From contig CBDBEW010000014.1 of the NCBI GenBank assembly GCA_965204595.1, forward strand, positions 498,872 to 562,871: a stretch of 64,000 bases of DNA, read 5' to 3'. Source of the stretch: Candidatus Aldehydirespiratoraceae bacterium (GTDB taxonomy: Bacteria > Actinomycetota > Acidimicrobiia > Acidimicrobiales > Aldehydirespiratoraceae). The position numbers and the translations under genes are program-made. How positions within the stretch are numbered: position 1 is the first letter of the stretch; every line of letters starts with the position of its first letter. Below the pieces are notes generated by a model, which ran no database searches, was not told the origin of the DNA, and saw only the letters and a list, made by a program, of their open reading frames with translations. Positions 48,801-56,946 of the stretch are shown here, one piece after another.

Positions 48801-49843
48801 CCCGCAAACGACAAAAGTTCTTGCAGTTTGCCTGCGGCACAGCCTTCATCCACAGATTTGGCAGCCAAATCCAGTGCTTCAAAAAAATTATTGGCTAACC
48901 CCGCCACCAGTAGAGCGGCCGCAGCGTTGAGCAGCACAATATCTCGCTTTGGTCCGGGTTTACCAGCAAATATTGCTTGAGCGATCTTTACGTTAGTGGC
49001 TGGGTCACCACCGGCTAGTTCTTCGTCTGTGGCGGTTGCTAAGCCAAGCGAACTTGGAGCGATAATCCATTCACTGACAACCCCATTGTCAAGTGACAAA
49101 ACTCTAGAGGGGCCGGTTGTGGAAAATTCGTCTAGGCCTTTGTCACCCACAACCACCAACGCACGAAACGAACCGTTGGCAGCTAAAACACTCACTACAC
49201 GTTTTGCTATTGACCAATCACTCACACCGACAACTTGTCGCTTGATGCGGCCGGGGTGGCTGAGGGGACCTAGTATGTTGAACACAGTAGGTATGCCTAT
49301 TTGTGACCTAACCGCTGCCACATGCCGCATAGCTGGGTGATAAATCCGCGCATAAGCGAAGCCCAATCCAATAGCTTGCACTTGTTTTTCAAGCTGACTT
49401 GGTTTGATCTGTGCATCAACCCCAAGTTCAGTGAGAAGATCGACACTCCCTGAGGTAGATGATGCCTTGACGTTGCCGTGTTTGCAAACAACCGCGCCCG
49501 CACCAGCCGCCACGAATGCTGCCATCGTTGAAACATTGAGGGCATATTTTTTGCGACTTGGCGCGCCACCGCTGCCCACAATATCGATGCTGTGCTCTGG
49601 TACAGACAAAGGAGTTGCTGCACTCACCATAGCGCGTTGTAGACCAATCAATTCAGCTGTAGTTTCGCCTTTGATTCTCAAGCCAATAATGAATGCTGAA
49701 ATCTGTGCTTCGGTAGCCTTCCCTAGCAAAATCATGGTTAGCGCAGCCTCTGCTGTTTCGGTATCAAGATTTTGCTTGGCAGCCAACCGTCCCAAAATAT
49801 CTTGCCATTTGCTCTGATCGATTAGTTGTGTTGTTGAGTTCAT
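48797..49843 (-). CDS. trpD: Anthranilate phosphoribosyltransferase
   Basis: KGET..E, D.VG.GG, NVST, KHGN...SS..GS.D, FN.LGPL and GLDE. Confidence 0.96.
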   Translation of the reverse strand: MNSTTQLIDQSKWQDILGRLAAKQNLDTETAEAALTMILLGKATEAQISAFIIGLRIKGETTAELIGLQRAMVSAATPLSVPEHSIDIVGSGGAPSRKKYALNVSTMAAFVAAGAGAVVCKHGNVKASSTSGSVDLLTELGVDAQIKPSQLEKQVQAIGLGFAYARIYHPAMRHVAAVRSQIGIPTVFNILGPLSHPGRIKRQVVGVSDWSIAKRVVSVLAANGSFRALVVVGDKGLDEFSTTGPSRVLSLDNGVVSEWIIAPSSLGLATATDEELAGGDPATNVKIAQAIFAGKPGPKRDIVLLNAAAALLVAGLANNFFEALDLAAKSVDEGCAAGKLQELLSFAG

Positions 49844-49883
49844 TGCCGTTGCTTAGCTTAGCATACGGGTAGACTGCTGAGCG

Positions 49884-50254
49884 TGACAAGGAGTTGATCG
49901 GATGGCCGCGGCGCAGCGTATGCGCTGAGGAAGGTCGGGACTCCACAGGGTATGGTGCTGGCATAACGCCAGTCGAGGTGACTCGAAGGAAAGTGCCACA
50001 GAAAATAAACCGCCTGACCAACCAGAAATGAGTTCGTTAGGTAAGGGTGAAAAGGTGCGGTAAGAGCGCACCAGCATCCCAGGTGACTGGGGTGGCTAGG
50101 TAAACCCCACCAGGAGCAAGGCTAAGCAGAGAGAGGGCGACCCGTTCGTAGACACTCTCGGGTAGGCTGCTAAGATAGATGGTCATCCATGGAGCTGATA
50201 TTTGTTGAGAAAGGCTCCAAGACAGAATCCCGCCTACAGATCAACTCCTTGTCA
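49884..50254 (+). ncRNA. rnpB: RNase P RNA, bacterial type A, lacking P18
   Basis: 16-bp terminal P1 (49884-49899/50239-50254), GAGGAAGGTCGGGACTCC, GAAAGTGCCACAGAAA, GGGTGAAA, GGTAAACCCC..GAGCAAG and ACAGAATCCCGCCTAC; TAGACT -10 at 49870-49875. Confidence 0.97.
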
Positions 50255-50749
50255 TGTTTGTGTCACTCTTGTGCGTTTAGGCAAGCGGCCACTGCACCAG
50301 AATCGCCGCAGGTTCTCCATTTTAGTTAACGAAAGTCGCACGCTAAACCAAATCAGAGACACTAAACCAGCCAACTCAAGAAGCAACAACACCAAGATGG
50401 GTTTGTCAAACTCAGGAAGAGTAGCAACGGCGATCCCATCGAAGCCAGCAAAGGGCCACCAAAACAGATCAGTTCTTGTCCAGGTCGTGGATGCCACTAG
50501 AAAAATAAAAGTGCCTACAGGGACAGCTAGCAAAGAGCGCCGCAACAATCGATGCCCAACTGTGGAGAACATCACCAAGGTCAACAAAAGCACCGAACCA
50601 GCCAGCGTGTGCAAGATTAAGGGCCTGCCACTCAATGATTCAAGCAATGGTAGCAATACACCTAAGGCAACAAAACGATAATCAAACGCGGCACTATCAA
50701 AAACGAAATAAACACTGATAATCGCCGCGGCGAGAAAGAAAAAAAACAC
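50252..50749 (-). CDS. Hypothetical multi-TM membrane protein
   Basis: Hydrophobic throughout (VFD...DYR..ALG.LLP, HTL, WWPF.G); GTG at 50749 directly follows the stop of the upstream zinc-ribbon gene. Confidence 0.7.
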   Translation of the reverse strand: MFFFFLAAAIISVYFVFDSAAFDYRFVALGVLLPLLESLSGRPLILHTLAGSVLLLTLVMFSTVGHRLLRRSLLAVPVGTFIFLVASTTWTRTDLFWWPFAGFDGIAVATLPEFDKPILVLLLLELAGLVSLIWFSVRLSLTKMENLRRFWCSGRLPKRTRVTQT

Positions 50750-50750
50750 C

Positions 50751-51458
50751 TTATAGCAAAACGATGCGACCACACTCATCACAGGTCGCGACATCAGCTG
50801 TTGTGTGCTTTAGCCTGTCAACTTCAACTGCGGGCATCACAGAGGGGCAGCCAACACATTTGCCTGCATCAAAACGCACTACAGTTGCAGCACCGAAGAG
50901 TTCACGCAATCGGTCATAGTCAAAGGTGAGTCCTTCATCAAGTTCACTTACCAAGGTTGCTCGCTCACTGGCGATGACACCAAGCCGGTCATCAATCTCA
51001 GCTTCAAACTCTTTGACCTGAGTGGTTAGTTCATTAATGCGCCCGATGAATTGATCGTTTTGTTGATTCGATTGGTTTAACTCAGTTGCAAATCGCTCAA
51101 CTTCCTCCATGGCAACTAAGGCTTCGTCCTCAAAGTCATTTTGGCGGTCGCGCAGTGATTTAATTTCTTCTTGGAGAGCCTGCAAGTCTCGCAACCCCTT
51201 CACCTCGCCACCATAGAGTCTCTGTTCGTTAATCTTTATTTTTTCTGCGATGATCTGGGCTTGGTCTTCATTACGTTTTTGCCGTAAAACTGCTTCCCTT
51301 TGAGATTGGGTTATCTCATCTCTAAGCGCGCAGAGCTTTTGATGTTCAGCTTGCTCACGGTGCAATTGTTCACGTTCAGACAACGAAGCTTTTTTGTGGT
51401 TTAGTTGTTCAGCTTCAATGTCGAGAGATTGAACTTCTAAAAGATCGTGATGGCTCAT
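50751..51458 (-). CDS. Coiled-coil protein with C-terminal C4 zinc ribbon (DUF164 / Rv2229c-like)
   Basis: LLEVQSLD, long heptad region, RLY.G, C.GC and CDECGRI. Confidence 0.88.
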   Translation of the reverse strand: MSHHDLLEVQSLDIEAEQLNHKKASLSEREQLHREQAEHQKLCALRDEITQSQREAVLRQKRNEDQAQIIAEKIKINEQRLYGGEVKGLRDLQALQEEIKSLRDRQNDFEDEALVAMEEVERFATELNQSNQQNDQFIGRINELTTQVKEFEAEIDDRLGVIASERATLVSELDEGLTFDYDRLRELFGAATVVRFDAGKCVGCPSVMPAVEVDRLKHTTADVATCDECGRIVLL

Positions 51459-51614
51459 AGCAATGTTGGCTCCTTATTACGAAAGGTGCTGACTTTGTAT
51501 GGCTAATCATACGCGGATAATTCAGGTAGCGTGGGTACAAACCATATTGCTAGGTAATGTGGTGGGATATGCAATTGTGCTGAGGTTGTGTGATTCTGTT
51601 GAGGCAATCAGTAA

Positions 51615-51815
51615 CTAAACCACTCGCACTGAAAGAGCTTCGTCGCCCTTGCGGCCTGGTCCGATTTCAAAATTCACCCGCTGGCCTTCTTCTAAGGTTC
51701 TAAACCCTGAACCATCAATGTTAGAAAAGTGTACAAAAACATCATCACCGTCTTGACGAGCAATAAATCCATAGCCCTTTTCATTGTTAAAAAATTTGAC
51801 TGTGCCCGTGGGCAT
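51615..51815 (-). CDS. Cold-shock protein
   Basis: [22 protein letters not shown] and GFRTL.EGQ.V; ATG at 51815 after GAAAGGA. Confidence 0.96.
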   Translation of the reverse strand: MPTGTVKFFNNEKGYGFIARQDGDDVFVHFSNIDGSGFRTLEEGQRVNFEIGPGRKGDEALSVRVV

Positions 51816-51914
51816 CTGGTCATTCCTTTCCATCATTGCGGTGCTCAACGCGAACTCCGCAGGCATAGCTTAGACAGGCTGCACGCATTTCCATCAATAC
51901 TTAGCGAATCTCTT

Positions 51915-52802
51915 TTAGTCGCTTTGTTCTTCGTCTAGCACAACACGCATCATTGCTAGGTGATCTGGTGTGTTGCCACAACATCCGCCAATAATTTGCA
52001 CCCCAGATTGGCGCAGTCGGTGTGCATGTGATGCCATTAGCTCAGGTGTAGCACTATAGGTTAATTCGCTGCCATGCCATTGGGGAATGCCAGCATTTGC
52101 TTTGGCCACTATCGTGGTGTTGGCGACTGCTCGCATTTGCGCTAAGGCAGCTTCAGTATCGGCTAGGTTGTTGCCACAGTTCGCTCCCATCGCCGCCACC
52201 CCTAGTTCCTTTAGTCTTTGTCCAGCTTCAGTGCCACTAACACCCATCATTGTTCTGCCTGCCGTATCAAAACTCATAGTAACAGTTATCGGCAGGTCAC
52301 ATCTTTGCCGAGCACCGTTCACTGCGGCTTCCACTTCTTGTAATGAACTCATCGTCTCAATCCAGATAATGTCCGCTCCGCCGCTGCTGAGACCCTCAGT
52401 TTGTTCAGCAAAAGCATGCACCGCATCATCAAATTCAAGGGTTCCCAGCGGTGCTAAGAGTTCACCAGTAGGTCCCATTGAGCCAGCGACTAACACTTGT
52501 CGACTCGCCATATCAGCTGCTGCACGGCCGACTTTGCTCGCAGCTTGATTAATCTCAACCACGCGATTGTCTAGTTTGTGCAAGGCAAGGCGAAAGCGGG
52601 TACCCCCAAAAGAGTTGGTCAAAATTATGTCAGAACCAACATCAATATAGGCTTGGTGAACCTCTTGAACCTTATGCGGTGTTTCAAGGTTCATCCTTTC
52701 TGGGGAATCACCTGCCACCAAACCTCGTGCAAATAGTTCAGTACCCATCGCACCATCTAGCAAGAGGTGGCCGCGTTTTGCAAGTATTTGTTCAAATGTC
52801 AT
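51915..52802 (-). CDS. Stand-alone homocysteine S-methyltransferase domain protein (Bmt / split-MetH type)
   Basis: DGAMGT, TNSFG, AGSMGPTG, ETMS, MSFDT.GRTMMG, and the GANCG and IIGGCCG Zn ligands. Confidence 0.9.
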   Translation of the reverse strand: MTFEQILAKRGHLLLDGAMGTELFARGLVAGDSPERMNLETPHKVQEVHQAYIDVGSDIILTNSFGGTRFRLALHKLDNRVVEINQAASKVGRAAADMASRQVLVAGSMGPTGELLAPLGTLEFDDAVHAFAEQTEGLSSGGADIIWIETMSSLQEVEAAVNGARQRCDLPITVTMSFDTAGRTMMGVSGTEAGQRLKELGVAAMGANCGNNLADTEAALAQMRAVANTTIVAKANAGIPQWHGSELTYSATPELMASHAHRLRQSGVQIIGGCCGNTPDHLAMMRVVLDEEQSD

Positions 52803-52862
52803 AAGCGCATAACCTTTTTGTATCCGCTCAAGGCTAGACGATTTTGCTTTAGTTCCTAGATG

Positions 52863-54425
52863 TTATTTTGGCGAAGCAAGTTCTCGGAGTTCCCGTCGTA
52901 GTATTTTGCCCGAAGCACTTTTGGGAATTTTGTCGATGATTGAAAGTTCTCGTACTTGTTTGTAACTCACTAAATGCTTGGCGATAAGGGTTTGAATATC
53001 GTTCAGATCGACACTGTGACCCGGCAAACAAACCACGAAGGCTTTAGGTACTTCACCCGCCTCGTCATCGGCAATGCCTATGACCGCTACATCACTTATG
53101 GAGGGGTGGGTGAGCAACACGGCTTCAATCTCAGCTGGAGCCACCTGAAAACCTTTGTATTTAATGAGTTCTTTGATGCGGTCAATAAATGAGTAGTGTC
53201 CAGCTTCATCAAGTTCGGCGATGTCACCGGTGTGGAGCCAACCTTGCTCATCTATCGTAGCTGCGGTTGCTTGAGGGTTGTTGAGATAGCCTTTCATCAC
53301 CATGGGCCCTCTAACCCACAACTCACCTCGTCCACCAACATCTTGATCTTCTCCCGTTGAGGGGTCGACAATACGAGACTGCACGTTAGAAACAGCCGGA
53401 CCACTCGTGCCCCGACGGTATTGCCCGAATGGTGTGGCGTGGGTAACGGGGCTGAGCTCTGTCATGCCATATCCTTGCACAACTTCGCACCCTATTCGTT
53501 GTGCGGTTTTCTCTGCTAGTTCTCCACCTAGCGGAGCGGCACCTGAAAATAACTGTTTGAGACTTGATAGGTCGTAGTTTTCAACTAGAGGAGATTTTGC
53601 TAGTGCTAACACCATTGGCGGCACCACAGCAAAGCGAGTGATGCGTAGGTCTTGAATTAGTTGCAGTGCTCTTTGCAAATCAAATCTTTGCATGGTCACT
53701 GCGGTCACACCGTTAGCTAACAACCCGTTCATTAGAACCTGCATTCCATATATATGAAAGAACGGCAGAGCAGCCAAAGATATTTCTCGATCACTATATT
53801 GAAACACATGCTGCATTTGGCAGATGTTGGCCACCAAGTTGCGATGCGTTAACATCACACCCTTGGGGAGTCCTGTCGTGCCAGAAGAATAGGGCAACAC
53901 AACCACATGATTTTGATAGTCAACTTCAACTTGATTGATTGGGTCTGCCATCCATGAATTGAGCACTGTGAACCCAGAGATTGGGGTGTCTCCGAAGATC
54001 AGGATTTCTTCTATCGCGGTGTCTTTGGTCGCGGTACGTGCGACATCTAAACATTGGGGCACTGTTATCAACAATTTCGCTTGCGAATCTTGCAGTTGGA
54101 ACTGAATTTCAGCCGCCCCATAAGTGGGGTTGATGGTGGTTATGGTGCCACCTGCGACTGCCACTGCGTGAAAAGCCAAAGCGTATTGTGCAACGTTTGG
54201 TGCCATAATGCCAACAACATCACCGGGCTTCACTTCATTGCCCACTAGTCCGCCTGCAAGACAATGGATCGCTTCTGATAACGCCCCGAACGTGTAGCTT
54301 GATTTTTCGTTATCAGTGACCGCCAACCGGTCTTGTATTCGGCTGCAGTGGCGCAGCACAAACTCAGTGATTGACACATCTGGAATCTCTACACTAGGCA
54401 ACTGACTCTTGTGAATGATGGGCAT
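52863..54425 (-). CDS. 4-coumarate-CoA ligase-like AMP-dependent acyl-CoA synthetase
   Basis: PYSSGTTGLPKGVMLTH, LPFFHIYG, QGYGMTELSP, GELWVRG, DRIKELIKYKGFQV.PAE and PKSASGKILR. Confidence 0.9.
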   Translation of the reverse strand: MPIIHKSQLPSVEIPDVSITEFVLRHCSRIQDRLAVTDNEKSSYTFGALSEAIHCLAGGLVGNEVKPGDVVGIMAPNVAQYALAFHAVAVAGGTITTINPTYGAAEIQFQLQDSQAKLLITVPQCLDVARTATKDTAIEEILIFGDTPISGFTVLNSWMADPINQVEVDYQNHVVVLPYSSGTTGLPKGVMLTHRNLVANICQMQHVFQYSDREISLAALPFFHIYGMQVLMNGLLANGVTAVTMQRFDLQRALQLIQDLRITRFAVVPPMVLALAKSPLVENYDLSSLKQLFSGAAPLGGELAEKTAQRIGCEVVQGYGMTELSPVTHATPFGQYRRGTSGPAVSNVQSRIVDPSTGEDQDVGGRGELWVRGPMVMKGYLNNPQATAATIDEQGWLHTGDIAELDEAGHYSFIDRIKELIKYKGFQVAPAEIEAVLLTHPSISDVAVIGIADDEAGEVPKAFVVCLPGHSVDLNDIQTLIAKHLVSYKQVRELSIIDKIPKSASGKILRRELRELASPK

Positions 54426-54487
54426 AGACACCTCTCAAGACCTAACCTTACGCAAGATTGACCCTTAACCGTATTGCAAATCAAACA

Positions 54488-55861
54488 CTACGGCAAAAGC
54501 ATCAGGGACTCACCTTCGCGGGATGGAGCACCAAGGCGAGAAAGGTCAAACGATTCAACTTGAACGCGTGCAGTGTCCAAAATCCTAATAACTGGTTGTT
54601 TAGTGGAATAATCAAACCAACTGACCGCAGAAGAATCTGGTGCCCACGCAACCTCAGTATTAGCCGATATGGCTAAGTTAACAACTTCACCTGATTCCAC
54701 TTTGTAAAGCAGGTTTGAAACCTGCCCACTTTGATCCGTTTTGGTAAGAAAAAGGAATTTGCCATTTGGTGAGATTGTTACTTCCCTAAGTTCATTTACA
54801 AGTTCAACAGGTAGGACTTCTTCATCGACAGTGACCCGGTCAACTAAGACAGGCGTACATTCAAAGGAGGTTTGGCAACGAATTTCCACATGATGGGTTG
54901 AGGTTGCAGCCCAAACTGGCCAATCCGAAAAGTTGTGGAAACCGTTTTGTTTCGTCACAAAAGTCTCGCCTGTCGCGCTAACTATCAAAATTCCAAGATT
55001 CGGCACTTCAATAAGTCTCGCGCCCGCTGGCACATCCACACGTCTTAAAAACACCCCTGAGGGATTACCCACATAGACCGCAATATGGTCACCAATAGAA
55101 CTTGCTGCCATGGCAATGCTGTTGTCGGCACCAATAATCACATGTCCTTGCGATGAGAAACGATACACGGTGAACTCTTCGCTGCCTCCTGTGAGTTCGA
55201 AGCCATAAGTGCCCCAACCCGGTACGAACATGGACCAAGATTCAAATCCGGCGAACAAGTCAAGCATGCTTGCTGGTACGGGTGAGTATTGCCGAAGAAT
55301 CGCGCTTGCTATCTCTGTTGGGTTAACATACGGGTCGCCATCTTGAGCAAATATGATCAGATCAGCTAGTGTTGGCATCGCGTTTAGATCCACAACCGTG
55401 ATGCCATCTTCAGAAAGATACGCTAACCGAAAAGGTCCCAACGCAACACTAAAATCAATCAAAAAGTCTGTGGGCACTCGTTGGTTTGCCAAGATGTCAG
55501 CTTCAACGGTGAGCACATCACCTTCTTGAAGTAGTTGCTGGGGTAATTGGACTGGCTCAAGTGATGGGGGCGACTCTTGGGGTTCGCTTACCTCATCGCT
55601 ACCATTGCGCCAACTTAGAGCAAATACCCCAATCACAACGGCCAGTATCGCCAGCAGTGAATATCTAGCGAAAACCACTTGGCGTGGTTTGTCTGCACTC
55701 TCGTTGTTTGAATCAGCATCTAGCAAATACTCTTGACCCGGTTTTCGTTGCTCTTTGAGAGCACTGCCACATCGCGGGCAAGTTTGTGAGTTACTGATCT
55801 TATGGAGGGGTTGGATTTGTGGAGGGTCTCTGCTGATGTTGTTTCGCTTAATGATTTCCAT
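54488..55861 (-). CDS. Hypothetical single-pass membrane protein with C-terminal TolB/WD40-like repeats
   Basis: 457-aa ORF with CPRCG near the N-terminus, one TM (YSLLAILAVVIGVFALSW), and SPNGK / WAPDS beta-propeller-type turns. Confidence 0.7.
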   Translation of the reverse strand: MEIIKRNNISRDPPQIQPLHKISNSQTCPRCGSALKEQRKPGQEYLLDADSNNESADKPRQVVFARYSLLAILAVVIGVFALSWRNGSDEVSEPQESPPSLEPVQLPQQLLQEGDVLTVEADILANQRVPTDFLIDFSVALGPFRLAYLSEDGITVVDLNAMPTLADLIIFAQDGDPYVNPTEIASAILRQYSPVPASMLDLFAGFESWSMFVPGWGTYGFELTGGSEEFTVYRFSSQGHVIIGADNSIAMAASSIGDHIAVYVGNPSGVFLRRVDVPAGARLIEVPNLGILIVSATGETFVTKQNGFHNFSDWPVWAATSTHHVEIRCQTSFECTPVLVDRVTVDEEVLPVELVNELREVTISPNGKFLFLTKTDQSGQVSNLLYKVESGEVVNLAISANTEVAWAPDSSAVSWFDYSTKQPVIRILDTARVQVESFDLSRLGAPSREGESLMLLP

Positions 55862-55929
55862 GATTGCATCTATCTTGTTGTCTCAAAGCTACGCTAAGTA
55901 AAATACACTTTTCCTAAACAGTTGATCAT

Positions 55930-56859
55930 ATGACTGACGACCAAGAATATATTGATCTGTTTGCCCCTTGGGATGGTAGGCGGGTACCGGTCACCTTATT
56001 AGGTGGCTATTTAGGTGCTGGCAAAACGAGCGTAATCAATGAGGTGCTGGCTGCTAGCGACAGGCCTATCGCTGTGCTTGTCAACGATGTTGGAGAGGTG
56101 AACATAGATGCATCATTGATAAGTCGCCAACATGGTGACACGATTGAGTTGACCGATGGTTGTGTGTGTTGTAGCCTTGCTGGCGGGTTGGTGGCAGCAT
56201 TTGAGAGTTTGCGTCAACGAGAAGTGCCCCCTGATCACGTGATTGTTGAGCTAAGTGGTGTGGCCGACCCGAATCGGGTCATTCGTTGGGCAACTTCGCC
56301 GGGTTTCGTTCTTGACGGGGTTGTGGTACTAGTTGACGTTGATCAGTTCGTTGATCGCTTAGATGATGCTGTGACCTCTGAACTAATCAAAATGCAGATA
56401 AAGGCCGCTGATCTTTTGGTGCTAACCAAACTTGATCTTGTCACAGAAGCAAAACTACAAGATTGCCGCAATCGACTAGATGGTTTTGTTACCAATGTCC
56501 CCACTCTTGCAAGCAACGAACTAGTTGCGACTGCATCTTTTTTGGGTCTTGCCACCCGTCGCCCTGGGGGTGCAACCGATTTCGGTGAGCCGAAGCTCTT
56601 TGATGCCCATGAGGTGAGTTTACGGGAAGTGCCAAACCCGATAAGTGCCAACGATTTTGAGTCTCTCATAGAGGCGTTACCAGCATCCACATTACGCGCT
56701 AAGGGTGTTGCCATAGCCCCAGACGGCAGCCGACTGTTGGCTCAAGTGGTGGGACACCGCCGCAGCGTTACCATACTCCCCGATGCCGAAACCCAACCCC
56801 CCACCAACCTAGTAGTAATCTCCTCTCCACCAATTCCAAGAACCTTCAATGGTGTCTAA
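55930..56859 (+). CDS. COG0523 / CobW family G3E GTPase metallochaperone
   Basis: GGYLGAGKT, VNDVGEVNID, GCVCCS, ELSGVA.P, TKLD and a CobW_C-like LRAKG..Q.VG. Confidence 0.92.
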   Translation: MTDDQEYIDLFAPWDGRRVPVTLLGGYLGAGKTSVINEVLAASDRPIAVLVNDVGEVNIDASLISRQHGDTIELTDGCVCCSLAGGLVAAFESLRQREVPPDHVIVELSGVADPNRVIRWATSPGFVLDGVVVLVDVDQFVDRLDDAVTSELIKMQIKAADLLVLTKLDLVTEAKLQDCRNRLDGFVTNVPTLASNELVATASFLGLATRRPGGATDFGEPKLFDAHEVSLREVPNPISANDFESLIEALPASTLRAKGVAIAPDGSRLLAQVVGHRRSVTILPDAETQPPTNLVVISSPPIPRTFNGV

Positions 56860-56876
56860 TTCGACTCTGCTTCCTC

Positions 56877-56898
56877 TGTCACACCCTCGCGCGAAACT
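56877..56898 (+). promoter_or_regulatory. PafBC/RecA-NDp-like motif (site 3), degenerate -10
   Basis: TGTCAC-ACCCTCGCGC-GAAACT; shares TGTCACACCC with site 1 and AAACT spacing with site 2. Confidence 0.4.
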
Positions 56899-56946
56899 CT
56901 ACCATAGCCCAACTTTAAGCAGCACTAAAATACACCTAGGAGCAAT

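Noticed and set aside
49764-50681. ORFs 49764-50021(-), 49853-50077(-) and 50202-50681(+)
   Set aside because: They are shadows of rnpB or of the opposite-strand membrane protein gene and show no protein motifs.
50739-50746. T8 tract just after the start codon of the membrane protein gene as a phase-variation switch
   Set aside because: The frame is intact, the tract encodes a Phe run in a TM segment, and similar short runs occur in housekeeping genes in this window.
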